Shown: positions 1 to 16,774 of the stretch, in pieces
Numbering within the stretch: position 1 is the stretch's first letter
Layout of the letters: every line of letters starts with the position of its first letter
Origin: Diplonema japonicum
Taxonomy: Eukaryota; Protista; Euglenozoa: Diplonemea
NCBI GenBank assembly: GCA_964019335.1
Contig: OZ025656.1
Span: 372,001-436,000, forward strand
Direction of reading: 5' to 3'
Length of the DNA: 64,000 bases
Translations under genes and position numbers: made by a program
Notes under the pieces: model-generated
The model's input: the letters and a program-made list of their open reading frames with translations, nothing else
Databases searched by the model: none
Told to the model about the DNA's origin: nothing

Positions 1-983
1 TGCCGAAGAAATAGGGTCCCTGAATTAAATGTGCCCAAAAAAACCCTTCTTTTTTCTTCTCTAACCCACTAACTTTTTCAACCGAAGAAGAAAAAAAAAA
101 AAGAAACGGTAGATGAACAAGGGAAAACAATTCTATTGTCACTACGCACTTTTTTTTAAAAAAAGATTTCTTTTTTTTGTAGGGTTAAACAACTGCACAA
201 GCACATGCCAGAATTGGCTCTTTCTATTTTTTTATTTATTTTTTTTTTTAAATCGAGACGGAACACCTGTGGTTGTGCATCTTTTACCCTCTCACAGATA
301 TTATTTGGCGGGCCGTTGCTAACCACTTCATTCCTATCATAGTGAATTATTTATAGCACAATTGGTAACAGAGGAAGACACTAAAGGGAATGAGAAAGAA
401 CAATGATTCCTGATGTGGAAGTTTCGCTTTTTTTTTTTTTTTTTTTTTTTTTTTATGCACAAATTATTCCTCTTCGTTTAGAATACCCACGTTTACCATC
501 CGTTTTTTTCTTTTTTCTTTTTCCCTCCAATCTACCAAGAATGCGTATCCAACAGGAGAGTGGAACAAAAGGGGAGGAAAAACCATATCGGCTTTGTGCA
601 CGCCCCCCCCCTTGCCTCATTCTATTTTTTTTCTCCCTCTTGTGTTCCTTCCTCTTTTTTTTTTTCTCTTCTCCCCATCCTTCCTTCCTTTCCTTTTTTG
701 TTTTTTTTTCTCCTTTTTTCTTTTTTTTTTTTTAAAAAAATGGATCTTATAAACTTATAAAAAAGTAACTTGTGCCGAGCAAATAAAAAAAAAAAAAAAA
801 AAAAAAAAGAGAGAAAAAAAAAATTTTTTTTTATACTCGTGCGAAACAGCGAAAGAATTAAGTAAATAAGGATTTTTTTTTTTTTTTTTTGTCAAAGTTT
901 ATTTTTTTTTTCCCCCCCTCTCCCATATAAACAAAACAAAACAAAACAAAAAAAAAAAAAAAAACAGGGGGGGAGAAAAAAAA

Positions 984-1576
984 ATGTCAAAAATACTCCG
1001 AAGGACCGGACCGCTACTGTACCCTAAAATTGTTGCAGACAAGGTGCGTGGCCCGTTGGGAGAGCAAGCCCCATTGAGAAACCAAGGTACAGATTTGGAC
1101 TGGTGGCTATGGTTATGCCCCGATATCAGGCCGGAAGCACCAGCAAATAGAGGATTTGCGAGGACAAGACCTATGGTACCCCCTATAATCACTTCGAGGA
1201 TGACCCTGCGTAACATCTCAGAGCTCCACGTTCGTTACTGTCCTTTCTTGATCGGTGGGGACGAATCCGTGAACGGGAGCGTCCAGCAGGTTATCCACTA
1301 TCTCAACAGCTACGACTGTCGGAAAACGAATCCTAAGGCCGTCATCACCATCGAGACCACAACCGACTACCGCCCACCCGAGTACATCTTATATTTCAAG
1401 AGTGGTATCTCCTTCACCCTTCAAGAGTGGTCAGGGGCCACCGCATCTGAAATTATCCAGGCCCTTCAACGGCGGGAATACGAAGAAACCGCTGACTGCA
1501 TCGCTAGAGACGAAGAAATCGACACGTTTCACTGGGACGAGAGCTTCGATCAGGTGTGTATCATCATTGGAAGGGG

Positions 1577-1611
<35 letters not shown>

Positions 1612-1711
1612 TTTGCTGCACATTCCGTACGTGTTGGAATACCACAAGAACCGACCTATTTTGAGTAACTTTAAGAAGAGATTAAAAGCTTGGAAACTCA
1701 TTAAAAAATAA
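984..1711 (+). CDS. Mitochondrial large-subunit ribosomal protein mL53-like (2 exons: 984-1553, 1610-1711)
   Basis: ISELHVRYCPF...YLNSYDCRKTNPKAVITIET..D..PPEYILYFKSG matches the MRP-L53 family pattern. Basic N-terminus resembles a mitochondrial presequence. Removing the poly(A) intron replaces a poly-Lys artefact with GLLHIPYVLEYHK...KK-stop. Confidence 0.65.
1554..1609 (+). other. Spliceosomal intron, 56 nt, GTGTGT...GGAAGGGG(A)32G
   Basis: CAG|GT and AG|G boundaries, phase 0. Removal gives an open, normal-composition 33-aa C-terminus. Confidence 0.75.
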
Positions 1712-1834
1712 AGGGGTTTTTTTTGAAGGGGGGGGATAGTGTTGTAATTGCGTATATTCTCCCCCCCCCCCCCTCCCTCTTTTTTTTTTAAATTTCTCAC
1801 GGGAAGAAAAAAAAAGGATGCAAAAACAAAAATA

Positions 1835-2749
1835 ATGAGACTCCCTGACCTGTGTATAGCCTCATCATCGGTGTCGAAGAAGAAGGAGGGCCTGACTGGG
1901 GGGGTGAAGGAAAAACGCAAATTCTTGAAACTCCGAAACGACCGTCCCATTCCAAAACCTACAATGCTTCCGCCAGTACAACGGAAGAAATATGTTAACG
2001 CCCTGGACAGCATCAAGGTGATGGACGAGCTGGAAAGATCGCTTACCGTATCTAAGGAGACGGGGAAGGTGATCTACCCGACGATGGATTGTTTCATTGA
2101 ACACATGAAGGAAGAGGTTTCGAGTGGGTTGAACCGGCTCCGCCCAGGCGACGGCATCGACGCCAGCAGCGCGCGGTTTGAAATTTACAAAACCGTTTTT
2201 TCAAAGATAATGCGGTACGCAACAAGGCTCGACCCTTTGCTGTCTGTGGTTGATGAGGGCTACCAACGGCATGTGAACACCTTGCTGAGCGCATTGGCAT
2301 CAAAGAGACGAGAGGACACAATCGCACTAATGTCATCCGTGTCCACTTCCGACATCGGCCTTGATCCTATACCTGACGAAGCACCTGCTTCAACACCTGA
2401 AACCGGCGATGACGACGCCCACACACCAGAAGACCTTCAGAGTAAAGTCGACGAACTGGAACTAATCACACGACTCTTCCTCACAGCGATACAGGACAAG
2501 GACAAGGAAATTGCTGACCTTCGGCACAAAATACACGTTCTTGACACACCCGCAGGTCTCGAGCACGCGATGGAGGCGGAGAAACGGCTCGCGGAGCAGA
2601 CACAGCACGCCTCGTCTGTAAAAAAAAAACTGTTTGAATCGCAGCAACATTGCGAACAGCTTGCGATGGAGACGTCAAGCTTGAAAGCAGAGCTGGAGTC
2701 TTACAAGAAAGAGATCCTTCGTTTGCGTCCTTTTCACGAATTTTCGTGA
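1835..2749 (+). CDS. Coiled-coil protein with TSNAXIP1 N-terminal-like domain
   Basis: RFEIYKTVFSKIM...LDPLLSVVDEGYQ resembles the translin-associated factor X-interacting N-terminal motif. C-terminal heptads. Confidence 0.5.
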   Translation: MRLPDLCIASSSVSKKKEGLTGGVKEKRKFLKLRNDRPIPKPTMLPPVQRKKYVNALDSIKVMDELERSLTVSKETGKVIYPTMDCFIEHMKEEVSSGLNRLRPGDGIDASSARFEIYKTVFSKIMRYATRLDPLLSVVDEGYQRHVNTLLSALASKRREDTIALMSSVSTSDIGLDPIPDEAPASTPETGDDDAHTPEDLQSKVDELELITRLFLTAIQDKDKEIADLRHKIHVLDTPAGLEHAMEAEKRLAEQTQHASSVKKKLFESQQHCEQLAMETSSLKAELESYKKEILRLRPFHEFS

Positions 2750-2934
2750 TCAGCAAAAAAGAAAAAAAAGGGGGGGGGGACAATGCATTACCATGCGTTA
2801 GGAGGGGGAGGGGGAGGGGTGGTTTTTTTTTTTTGTTGTATGAATTTCTTCTTGAACAGTGAGCAGCACTGAAATCTTATCGAGTTTTCTTCTTTTTCTT
2901 CTTCTCCCCCAGCTGTTTCATTTTCACTCGATGA

Positions 2935-4000
<1,066 letters not shown>

Positions 4001-4847
4001 GTGAGGAGTAGGAAGGGAAAAAAGAAAAAAGAAATCACCAGCTCCATATGATAGAAGAAAATAACCATGAAGACCTTGTCAAGTAGGCCTTCCATTTTGC
4101 GCTTTTTTTTTTTTTTTTTTTTTTTCTTCCACTGTAAACGAAAAATTTCAAGTCAAGAAAAAAGTAACGAAAATACAAAAAAAAAAAAAAAATGACGAAA
4201 CCTATTTCTTTGATGAAAACTTTTCTTTTTTTTTTTTTCCCGCTGCAGAAAACTATACAAGAACGTTTTTTTTTTTTTTTTTTTCTTTTTTTTTAAAAAA
4301 AAAGAAATGAAGGCAATGTAGCAACACCGACATTTAAAAAAAAAAAAAATGGTATTGGGGGTTTTTTTTTTTTTTCCCTTTTTTCTTTTTCTTGGGAACC
4401 AAAAAAAAAAAAAAAAAGGGAAAGGAAAACGTAGAAAAAAAGAGAAAAAAAAAAAGATGATAAGGGGGGCTGTGTGCTTAAAACAGGTCACCCCTAAGAT
4501 TCTGTTTTTGTTTTTCTTTCTTCGGTGGGCAGCGGAGAGCGACCCCGGAAGGTAGGCACGCCACCACGGTGGAGCCTTTGCAAACCACTTTCGTTTCCTA
4601 TCATAGTGAATTTTTTTTTTCTTGGTTCCTTTTTTTTTTTTTTTTTTTTTATACTTTTCTTTCTCCCTTTCTTGCGTACTTCCTTTTGCTTTGCTTTTTT
4701 TTTTCCCCCCCGAAAACCCCCAAAGGGGACGGGCGAGTTTTTTCTCTTTTTTTTTTCTTCTTCTTTTCCCTTTTTGTGTCCCGTTTTGTGTTATTACGGC
4801 AAAAAAAAAAAAGTGGGTCGAGGGGGGGGGGAAAAAATCTTAAAAAA

Positions 4848-7125
<2,278 letters not shown>

Positions 7126-7249
7126 CAAAGTCTTCCATGTTACCTTTTAACCTTAATGTGATGTACAGTAACACTTACACTTCGTTTCGAGCCTTTTCTT
7201 TTGTTTATTATGCAACTTCTTTCATATTAGAACACACAGGCACCCAAAC

Positions 7250-10200
7250 ATGGGGTGTGAGAGGGGCAGGTTGGTGACAGACATAGTGCGTGTACTGTGT
7301 GATCTAGTGCACTATCCTGAAGTGTTTTCGCTTGTAGCACGTCATGTGGTGACGCCTGACGTGTGCAGAGCCTCTGTGGGGGGCTCGCATTGTAGTGAAG
7401 CAGCCTGCCAAAGCATTTTGCAGGTGGGGATTGAGACAAGTACCATGTGCACAGTGACGCGAACGATGCTCGAAGACGCCCTGCGGCTTGGGTGGCACTC
7501 TGTTGTCATGCTGTTGCTCTCCAAGACGACGAGAGGTGTCCTGCGGGAGACGCTCAGGCTGCGCTTCGACCCGCGATGGTCGCCTGTTCCCTCTCACTTC
7601 CTTCCTGAAAGCAACCGGACACTCATACACCTTGCGATCCTCATGCATGCCGGCCATACCTTATCCCGGTACTTGGCACTGCCGGAAAATGTAGTTAATC
7701 ATGAGCTGCTCTCCGGCCTGCCTTCGTTCACCATCTTCCACAACCCCGCGCACCTCGACAAAGTCTACAGTGTCCTGACACCCCCGCAGCTCTACATCTC
7801 TGAAGAACCACGCAAGTGGTACAACAGCACGAACCTCGGACCCTTGCACTGGGCCCTGTGTCTACCTGACCGTGCTATGTTCCTTCCTTTTCTCCTCCAA
7901 CAACTTGACCCCAACACACCTGCCACCCTGAACACTGCCCACGGGCTCCTCTCCGTCAAGGTGCGTAACTGGAGCCTCACCGATAAGTCGGATATCTTAG
8001 TGCCATTCCTGGATGGAGAAGGCACCAGTGAGCAGGTGCACCCCATTGTTCTTACTGTTGCGCCTCTATCTCCGAAGTTGCCTTCGCTTAGCCGAAAGGA
8101 ACGTGCCGCCAACCTGCTCGCTGTGTTGGGGCGTCCTGGGCTTGTTTTGGACATGGCGTCCATCATCTTCACCTTGGAGTGCCTCCTCCGGCGGCAGCTG
8201 TGGGAGGGCGGCGTGATCAGGCAGCCGATGCGAACGCTGCTAAACGGATTGCCAACAGGAGCTAAAATCCCCCTGCACCATGCCTTTCCTACTTCTCTGA
8301 AGTTGTCCGAGCCTGATGCGCAGGCGACCGCGACATATGTAAACACACTGTTGGATGAGTTCCCGGAAGGCATCGACATGAATAGCACGAACGAGATGGG
8401 ACTGGCCCCTATCCACCTCGCAGCACTGCACTCCATGCCCTTGGTAGTGCAGGGCTTGCTTTCAAAGGACGGCATCGACGCCACGGTGAAATCCACCTCC
8501 CCAGCAGCCCCAGGGACGCCTCTCAACATTGCTGCTCTCTATGCTAATCATGAAGTGGTGTCTATCCTATTGAGACACCCCACTGCAGGGTCCGCCGCTA
8601 TCACAGCTGAGAGAGAGTTGCGCACCCTATGCACCCCGCTGCATCACTTATGTACAAGGTTGGAGTTCAACTCGATACGAACGATGAGTGAGAAGGCACC
8701 TGCATCTGTAGCTACTTTGCAGTCCCTACCCTCGCAACACACACCTCTCCATTCTCTCTTCTCTTCTGCACTGCATAACCTCAAGGGTGGCCCCAACGAG
8801 AGCCTTGTGGCCAGCGTTGATGTGATTTCCACGAAGCTGATAGACGCAAAGGCATTAAAGGTCATCGACTCACAGTGCTGCACTCCGCTCCATCTTGCTT
8901 GCAGGTCGGGTTGTCTGGCGTTTATCACAGAGGCGGCCAAAATGCAGACTTTCCCCGCAGCAGCTGCTGTTCGGAACGCAAGGGGCGAGACCCTCTACCA
9001 CTCTGTGGCGCAGTGCTTGAGCCCGAAGGCTGCTGACATTATAAACGTGTTACGCAAGGCTGCGAACCCGGAGCTGATGCACATCGTTGACGGCGAAGGG
9101 AACACTCCCCTGCATGTTGCAATGCGCTGCACTTATGCACCGGGTGCCTTGATCGGCACGTTGCTCAGACACTTCCACCCGGACCCAACAGCAGCGTGTG
9201 GATACGGAGCTTTTCACGGTGCTGTTGCCATTGCTGTACCGTCAGCTCTCTCTCAACTGTCACCTGCGGAAATAGCGAAACTGTGCCTGCATGACAAGAC
9301 TGGAAGGAACGCGCTGCACCAATTCGCACAAAATGGACATGTCGAGAGCCTGCAAGCTTGCTTAGGGAAGCTTGAGAGGCCCCATGATGCCATCTGCATA
9401 AGGGACAAGGACGGAGACACCATAGTGCATCACCTGGTGCGCGGAAAGAGCACCTATGTTCACAAACTGTTGTCTGACCTACCCCTGGACGTGCAGCGAA
9501 AGGTGTTTTGTGTAAAGGGGAATAACGGCCAAGGGGTGATGCACATTGCCGCGGGGAACGGAATGCATGAGCTGGTGACCCTGTGTCTGCAACTGCTGCA
9601 TGATTACAGTTGGTGCTTTGAGAGTTTTGAGGGGTGGACACCCTATGGCGAGGCCTTGCGAAACGAGCACACAAAACTGGCATGGCTGCTACGGAATAAA
9701 GAATTGTGCACTGAAGTGACAGATGATAAAGGTCGCAGTGTGCTCTTACAGGCGGGTGCCGAGTCTTCAGATATTGCATTGTTCAAAGATATTCTGAACT
9801 CGAACGTCAGCCTCTCTGCCACAGACTCGGCAGGCAACAATATCCTGCACCTTTCTGCAGCCTCCGTTTACTTAGCTGACGAGAAGCTGTCACAGCTCTC
9901 GAGCAAGTCATCCCTTACTCTTGAAGACTTCAACCTCAGGAACCATGAGCATGAAACACCGCTAGGTGTTGCAGTGCTTCACGGGCGACCAGCTTCTGTT
10001 GCTTCATTGATACTTAGTGGAGCAGTACCTTATGCCTGTGATCTCAGCACCTGTCTTAACAAGGGACACGATGAGGTACTCAAGCTGCTGCTTCCAGAAG
10101 GGCTCGCTCTTCCTCGCCACTACCTTAAACGTGCTGTGCTGCACTGCAGGCCTGAAACCGTTGCGTCCCTCGCACTGCTGAAGGACACGGGGGGTAGCGA

Positions 10201-13200
10201 AGAAGTCGCAGCATTGAGAGCGATCTATTCCAGAGAAGAGTACGAAGGGGACTCGTGTGCGTCCAAGTGGCTGCTTATCCAGCTGCATGAGAGGTGTAGC
10301 CTCCCCGAGAGCATATCAATGCTCACTGCGGCTGTTGAGAAGTGGCATACGACACCACCTTTGCGGAACGCACCCGCTCTGATCACACCAGGCGAGTACA
10401 GCAGCACCCTGCAGAGAGTGGACACTATCACTGAGGAGGCTGTTTTTAAGTTGTACTCGCTGGTCCTTGCAGGATCAGTCCTGCGTACCAACAAGCTTCC
10501 CACCTCTGATTGGCGGTACGTGACGTCGGCCCTCCCCCCTCTGAAGCACCTTCCGCCAGCGTTGCAGAAACGGTGTCCCGATGTTCATAAGCTTGTCTTC
10601 CTTCTCGTCTCTGATTCTGCAAGCACCAGATCTATGTTGGAGGAGATAAGCGAGGACTGCTTGTCGTGCAGCAGGATCGTGCCTTGGCTGTTCTACCTAC
10701 CAACATGTGGGAAGCTGTGCGAGGAGCTAGGGGACAACGGGATTTTCAAAGGGACATGTGTCTCGCTTCGGGTTTGGGAGCTTGCAATCCAGTACGGAGG
10801 CACAGCCGCGCATATCGACGCTGCACTGAGTCTGGAGCCTAAGGTGCCCGACATCGCAAGTCTGTACCTTGCGGGGCAGCATTGTGGCAATAACGATATC
10901 CTGTTGTCAATCTTAAACCATAGGCCTGTGGTGGACGCAGAGCTCATAAAACTGCTGAAGTCACGTGGCATGGTGGAGTGCAGAAACAACAATGGCGACA
11001 CGCTGCTGCACTTAGTGGTGATGTCCGATGTACCAGAGCTCATTAAGCATTTCGACCCTACTGAGGTCGATGCATGGTGCGTCAACAACGCAGGGCTCAA
11101 GCCACACGACTACTGCCGTTCGGGTGAGATGATGAAGGCTTTAGTGCAGCTCAGCGGGCACCCTCCCTTCGCAGGTCTCTCTGACGCGGAGTACATCTTG
11201 TGCTTGACAGACGAAATCAAGCCAAGATTCATGGATGACCCGATGGCATACTTGCTGGACAAGGCGATGAAATGCTGCAGCTGCACACTACGAGTTTCGA
11301 TGGATCCGAAGAAGAACAAGAAGCTTGAAGAAGGTTTGCAGCTACTGGAAGAACAGCTGGTGGAGCAGAGGGTGTGCATCTTCAAGGCACCAGTAGGCAC
11401 TCCTGCAATGTGGGCGTTGAAGCTAACACAAAGAAGAGTGATCGAGCTATGCGGGGATAACAGGTCGAGGACGGGGGGTTACGGCGAAGGGGCAGGTGAG
11501 ACAGAGGAAGTAGAGGAAGGAAGGTTTCTGGAAGAATCCATCAAGGTAACACCTTTGCAACGTGTGAGGATGCTGCGGTCACTGCTAAACCCTTTCTCGT
11601 CAGGCATCGACATCCTAGAGCACGAGATGATCGGCGACATCAAGAGCACGTTCCCAGTGTACCAGCACGATGGGGCACAGAGCGACGCAATCTTCTCGAT
11701 GTTCAAAGGTGTCTACCCGCTAGGGTCATGGCGGAAGTGGTTCGGGTTTGAAGACAAGCCTACTGTCAAGAAGCTCACTGCACTAAAGGAGTATGCGGGT
11801 GAAGCGACCGCATTTTACTTCGCCTGGCTGTCGGCTTACGAGATATGGATGATCTTGGCAATGCCGTTGGCCGTGGCAATGTTTGTGATACAAATAAATG
11901 AAAGATGGGACAGCCCAACGCTGGGAGCGTACGGCGGGGTGATGGTGGTGTGGGGCATATTGTTTTCGAAGAATTGGGTTCGACGAGAGGCGGAATTTGG
12001 GGCTGCGTGGGAGGTATATGCCCGACCCCGCGCAGACTACCCTAGACCGACGTTTAGACCCCTGAGACTTGACGACGGGGAAGAGTTCATGACAGTCCCG
12101 AACCCATTCAACCCTGCGAAACGTGACCCATACTTCCCGCCCGCAAGACGCCGTGGGAGGTACTTCTTGTCGATGCTGGTTCTTGCTGTCTTCTTAGCCA
12201 TATCTGGTGCGGAGTTTGCGCTGTTCATCATCGTGAGAGACAACTACCAAACCACCACAACGCAGGACAACGTAACAGCGACGGTGTCACTCCCCCCTGC
12301 CAGTACCACCACGACAGGCAGTTTTCTGGTACTGGCGGGGATATCAATGGTGCACTCGCTTATCATCCTTGCCATAGAGGCGGTGTACCGTGCTTTGTCG
12401 GACGTGCTGACAGAGTTTGAGAACCACAAGTTCCCGAGGGATTTCACACGGTCTGTTGTGTTGAAATATATGTCGCTTCAGCTGTTGAACAGCTTTGTGC
12501 CGCCGTTGTGGATTGTCTATGACGATTCGAGGAAGTTTGGGAGCGACACAGGGTTTAAAAACACCTCAATCCACATTCTGACAAAGCTCGGGACGGAGCT
12601 GGGGTTGGGAGGGCTGAGGGAATACATTATACCCCTGTTGCAAAGGGCTCTTGTACGCCACAACACGCAGGTGACACCATCAATGCCGAGAGCTTGGTGT
12701 GGTGTGGTAGAATACGCCAGGCGGCACCACGGGGAAAGCTACCTCACCGAAAGCTTCAGACTACTTTACGGGGAGTTCTCCGAAGTTATGTTACAGTTCG
12801 GGTTTGTAGTGTGCTTCGCCTCTGTGTGCCCTGCTGCTGCTGTAGTTGCTGCCGCGAACAACTTCATAGAAATCAAAGGAGATCTCTACAAAGCCTTGAA
12901 GTTAGGAAAACGCTCTATCCCGCAAAGGGCCAACTCCATAGGGGCGTGGGGGACGCTCATGAAATTCCTCGTGTTTCTGTCAATTTCTATAAACACTTTC
13001 TGCATGTTGAACTCGGATGAGTTCACAGGCAAGCTATCATGGCCACCGGAAGTTACCTTCTTGGTCATGCAATGCAGTTTAACATCACTATTCTGGCTGG
13101 TATGGAGGGGGGTACGAAGAACAAAAAAAAAAAAAAAAAAAAAAAAAGTTTGAATCGATCTACCCGTCCACTCCTTCGAATCTCGTCAGGACCATTGAGG

Positions 13201-13235
13201 CACAGGAAGCCCAAAGAGACCGCAGAATGCGATAA
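7250..13235 (+). CDS. Ankyrin-repeat / anoctamin (TMEM16) fusion protein (exons 7250-13099, 13149-13235)
   Basis: Many G.TPLH.A ankyrin repeats. The C-terminus has anoctamin motifs EYAGEATAFYFAWL, LTEFENHK, YGEFSEVMLQFGF, NNFIEIKGD and RANSIGAW. Confidence 0.88.
13100..13148 (+). other. Spliceosomal intron, 49 nt, GTATGG GGGG-rich...(A)25G
   Basis: Removal gives LFWL|FESIYPSTPSNLVRTIEAQ, an anoctamin-like post-TM10 tail, instead of poly-Lys. Confidence 0.8.
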
Positions 13236-13642
13236 ATACAAGAATAAGAAACCACGGGGGATCTTTTTTTTTAGCCCCCCTCCCATAGGGCGGCCCTCTA
13301 GCGGGGGGCTTGTCCTGTACTTTGAGTTTTTTTTATAGAGCATGAAAAAAAAAAAAAGAATTACCATTTTGTATTTGAACGGCTCGGCTTTAAAAAAAAA
13401 AATCCGAAAAAAAAAACACCCACACCCCCCCACACCCCTTCATTTATCTAGCTTCTCCACTACTTGAATAAAGTTTTTTCTTCTCCATTATTTTTCTGTT
13501 TTTTTTTTTTAATGTCACATTGTCTTTAGTATAGTATTTTTTTGTTTTCTTCTCACCCCCCCCCCCCCCCCCGGGTTTTAAAAAAAAAGGAAAATTCATC
13601 ATCAAAAAAAAAATAATAATAATATAAGAGGAAAGAAAAAAA

Positions 13643-14955
13643 ATGTGCAAAACAACAGCAGCACAGCCCGGACGGGATGACTGGATTAAGAAGGTGGACA
13701 TGGCGAAGTTCGGGGAGGAGATGGAGTGCCTCGGGAAGAAACTAAGGAAGGAAGAAGGGAAGGTCGACCTGGATCACCTCAAGATGCTCGTCAACGTGTG
13801 CGACGCCCTACTAGTAGTCGGGCTCGCAACCCTCGGAATGTCCCCATGGACTGTTGTACCATGGGTGTGCCTTGGCGTGGCCATCACCATCCGATGGGCT
13901 GGTATTGCCCACCACGTCTCGCATGGTGGATACGTAAGATGTGACACAACCCAGTACCGAAGGGGGAATTTCGCATTGGGTGGTACAATTGCTCGATGCA
14001 GAGACTGGCTTGACTGGATGCTCCCCGAGGCGTGGGATGTCGAACATAACACTCTTCACCATTACTGCACAAACGAAAAAGACGATCCCGACTTCCCCCA
14101 AAGGAACTTCGAACCCGTCCGTGAAATGCCGGGACCATCCTGGAGAAAATGGATCGTCCTGCCCTTCGGGATGATGACATGGAAGTGGGGGTACTATGCA
14201 GTGAACACTTGGAAGCATCTCCTCCTCCAACACAACAAAAGGGACAACGTGAAGATCAGCAAGGAAGCTACAGAACGTGCTGAACACCCCCTTCTCATCT
14301 ACCAGATTTTCGGAAAGGCCGAGAAAGAACTTGCAAAGCCGTGGATGATGTTTTGGAGGGTCTTCGCACCTTACCTATTCATCAGGCTCATCGCTCCTGT
14401 TGTTTTCTTCTTCTACGTTGGTGGGTATGAAGCGGGCACCAACGCCATTATCAACCTCTGCCTTGCTGAAGCGTGGGCCAACCTTCATTCCTTTATCGTC
14501 ATTGTTCCCAACCATGCTGGTGAGGATATGTATTATTATGATACCCATGTTAAGCCCAACACTGCTACTTTTTACATGAGGCAGATTATTGCGTCTGCTA
14601 ATTATGTTACGGGGTCAGACCCTTCATACCCAGCGGTTATCAACGAGTTCATTGACTGCTCGCAGGGGTACCTCAACTATCAGATTGAGCACCATTGCTT
14701 TCCTAACATGTCGATGGTGAGCTATAGGAAGGCACAGCCCATCGTTAAGGTATGGAGTGGGGAAGGGGAAAAAAAAAAAAAAAAAAAAAAAAAAAGGAAA
14801 TTTGTGCGCGTCACGGTGTGCCTTACACTCAGGAGCCCATTTACATAAGAGTGTACAAGACCCTCAGAATCATCACCGGCGACGACTCCATGAGGTTGTT
14901 CCCCAAGGAGCTTGAAGTGCAGGCCGATCTTGGGGTTTCGATGGCAGCACATTAG
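13643..14955 (+). CDS. Membrane fatty acid desaturase without a cytochrome b5 domain (exons 13643-14749, 14797-14955)
   Basis: His boxes HHVSH, HNTLHH and QIEHHCFP. Splicing restores AQPIVK|EICARHGVPYTQE. Confidence 0.9.
14750..14796 (+). other. Spliceosomal intron, 47 nt, GTATGG...GGAAGGGG(A)27G
   Basis: Frameshifting insert whose removal restores the conserved desaturase P.VK..C..HG.PY motif. Confidence 0.92.
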
Positions 14956-15053
14956 GGAGGGTTTTTTGTTTTTGTACACACTTATGCACAGGCCCCCTTC
15001 CCATCATATTTTTGACTGGATTTCTTTTTTTTTTTCTCACAATAACAAGCCGT

Positions 15054-15089
<36 letters not shown>

Positions 15090-15403
15090 TTTAAATTCTT
15101 ATCTGATGATGTTCTTTTTTTCTTATCAATTTCCCCTCGTCTTTTTTTCTTTTTTTTTTCAAGGGTGGTCCTCGAGTGGGATTTGCCCTTAAACATCGCC
15201 TTTTTTTTTTTTCTTCTTCTCTTGTCTTCCCTGGGTTTTTTTTCAGTTTTACAGTGGCCTCCCCCTTGCGCACTGAGATTTTTAAATTTTATCGAATTCT
15301 TCCCCCTTTTAGAGGCTGTTTGGAAATGTATCGGTTTCCTTTCCAGCTTTTTTTTTATTTTATTTTTCTTTTTTTTCCATTTAGGGTAAAGGACAGGGTT
15401 TCC

Positions 15404-15434
<31 letters not shown>

Positions 15435-16190
15435 GCTACACACATCGAGGGGTACTTTAACGAACCGGATAGACGTACAAAAAAAAGAAAAATGAATTAA
15501 AAAAACAACAACGAGGATAGAAGTTCAAGAACAACCCCCTTATTTTTTTTTTCACTCCAAAATTGCAAAAATTCTCCTTCTCCTCTGCACGTACTGTCTC
15601 TTCACTTTGTTCTTCCTCTGCCCCGTGTGTGGCTGCCTTCTTGTTTCTTTTTTATTATTATTGGCAAATAAGGTTTCAACCCAACTCCCACTAAACCAAT
15701 ACTTTTTTTTTTCTCTAGAGGGAGGGGGAAGTATTGATTCTCAACTTCGTTTGCAAAATTGTTATTTTTTTGTGTGTTTCCTTTGGCGGGTGAATAAAAA
15801 TGATTCTATTTTATAGTTGATGTGCTGATGAGAGAAAAGAAAAAAAAGAAATTGACAAAACTTCCCTTTTTTTTTCAATCCGTTCGGCAAGCACAGATAT
15901 CTTACTTTTACCTTCAACCATTAACAGACTTACGATGGCCACTCTCTTTTTAAAAGATTTAAAAAAAAAAAAATAAGATGCGAAAGAAATATATTACGAA
16001 ATGAAGTAATCACCGCTTTTTGTTTTGTTAAAGAATATGTCCTACCCTGGTTTGTTAATGGTTGAAGAATATAGAATCATTTTTGAAATTAAAAAAAAAA
16101 AAAATGAGACATTTTTTTTCCCCCCTCCTTCTATTCAGGGAGGGGATGGGGAGGGGGGGAAGGGTAAAGAGGGAAAAAAAAAAAGAAATA

Positions 16191-16774
16191 CTGTAAAACG
16201 AAAAACTCCCGGACGGAAAAATGTCCGAGTTTTTTTAGCGTCCGGGAATTTTTCCGTCCGGGAATTTTTTTTAGGTAAGGCCGTCAGGGGCCTGGTCCAC
16301 TACCACCTACATACTGGCCCGCAACCGCGCGAAGAAACCCCCAGGGTTCCCTTTCTGCATCTTTGTCTTCCCTTGCTGCCCCTGAGGCAATCAGCTTGTC
16401 GAGCCTTCGTGTGGCCTACTACCTTTCTTAATAGATGCCCAATATCCATCGGTCGAACCATGTAGGAATAGCAACGTCCAGTATTTCCGTCGAAGAAACT
16501 GGGGCTCTGTTGAACCTGTTCCCGCCAAGCTGCTTTCGGGGGTTTGTACTGGCCTTCTCGGCCCCGTGTAAGGAGTTTATCTCCTCCACCTCTCGGGGAT
16601 GAGCTGGCCGGAATAAAGCCCTTCCAGGCAAACGTGGTGGGAGCTGCTACCCCCCCTTAAGTAAAAAAACTTCTTCCCAGAAAAACTCCCGGACGGGAAA
16701 ATGTCCGGGTTTTTTTGGTGTCCGGGAGTTTTTCTGTCCGAGAATTTTTCCGTCCGACATTATTCGTTTTACAG
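16191..16774. mobile_element. Non-autonomous DNA transposon (MITE) with TA target-site duplication, IS630-Tc1-mariner-like
   Basis: Terminal inverted repeats CTGTAAAACGAA / TTCGTTTTACAG, flanked by TA on both sides (16189-90, 16775-76). Subterminal arrays of GTCCGGGAATTTTTCC-like units at both ends. No transposase ORF. Confidence 0.82.

Noticed and set aside
16200-16760. Repeats as a CRISPR-like array
   Set aside because: No regular spacers, eukaryotic context, and explained as MITE subterminal repeats.
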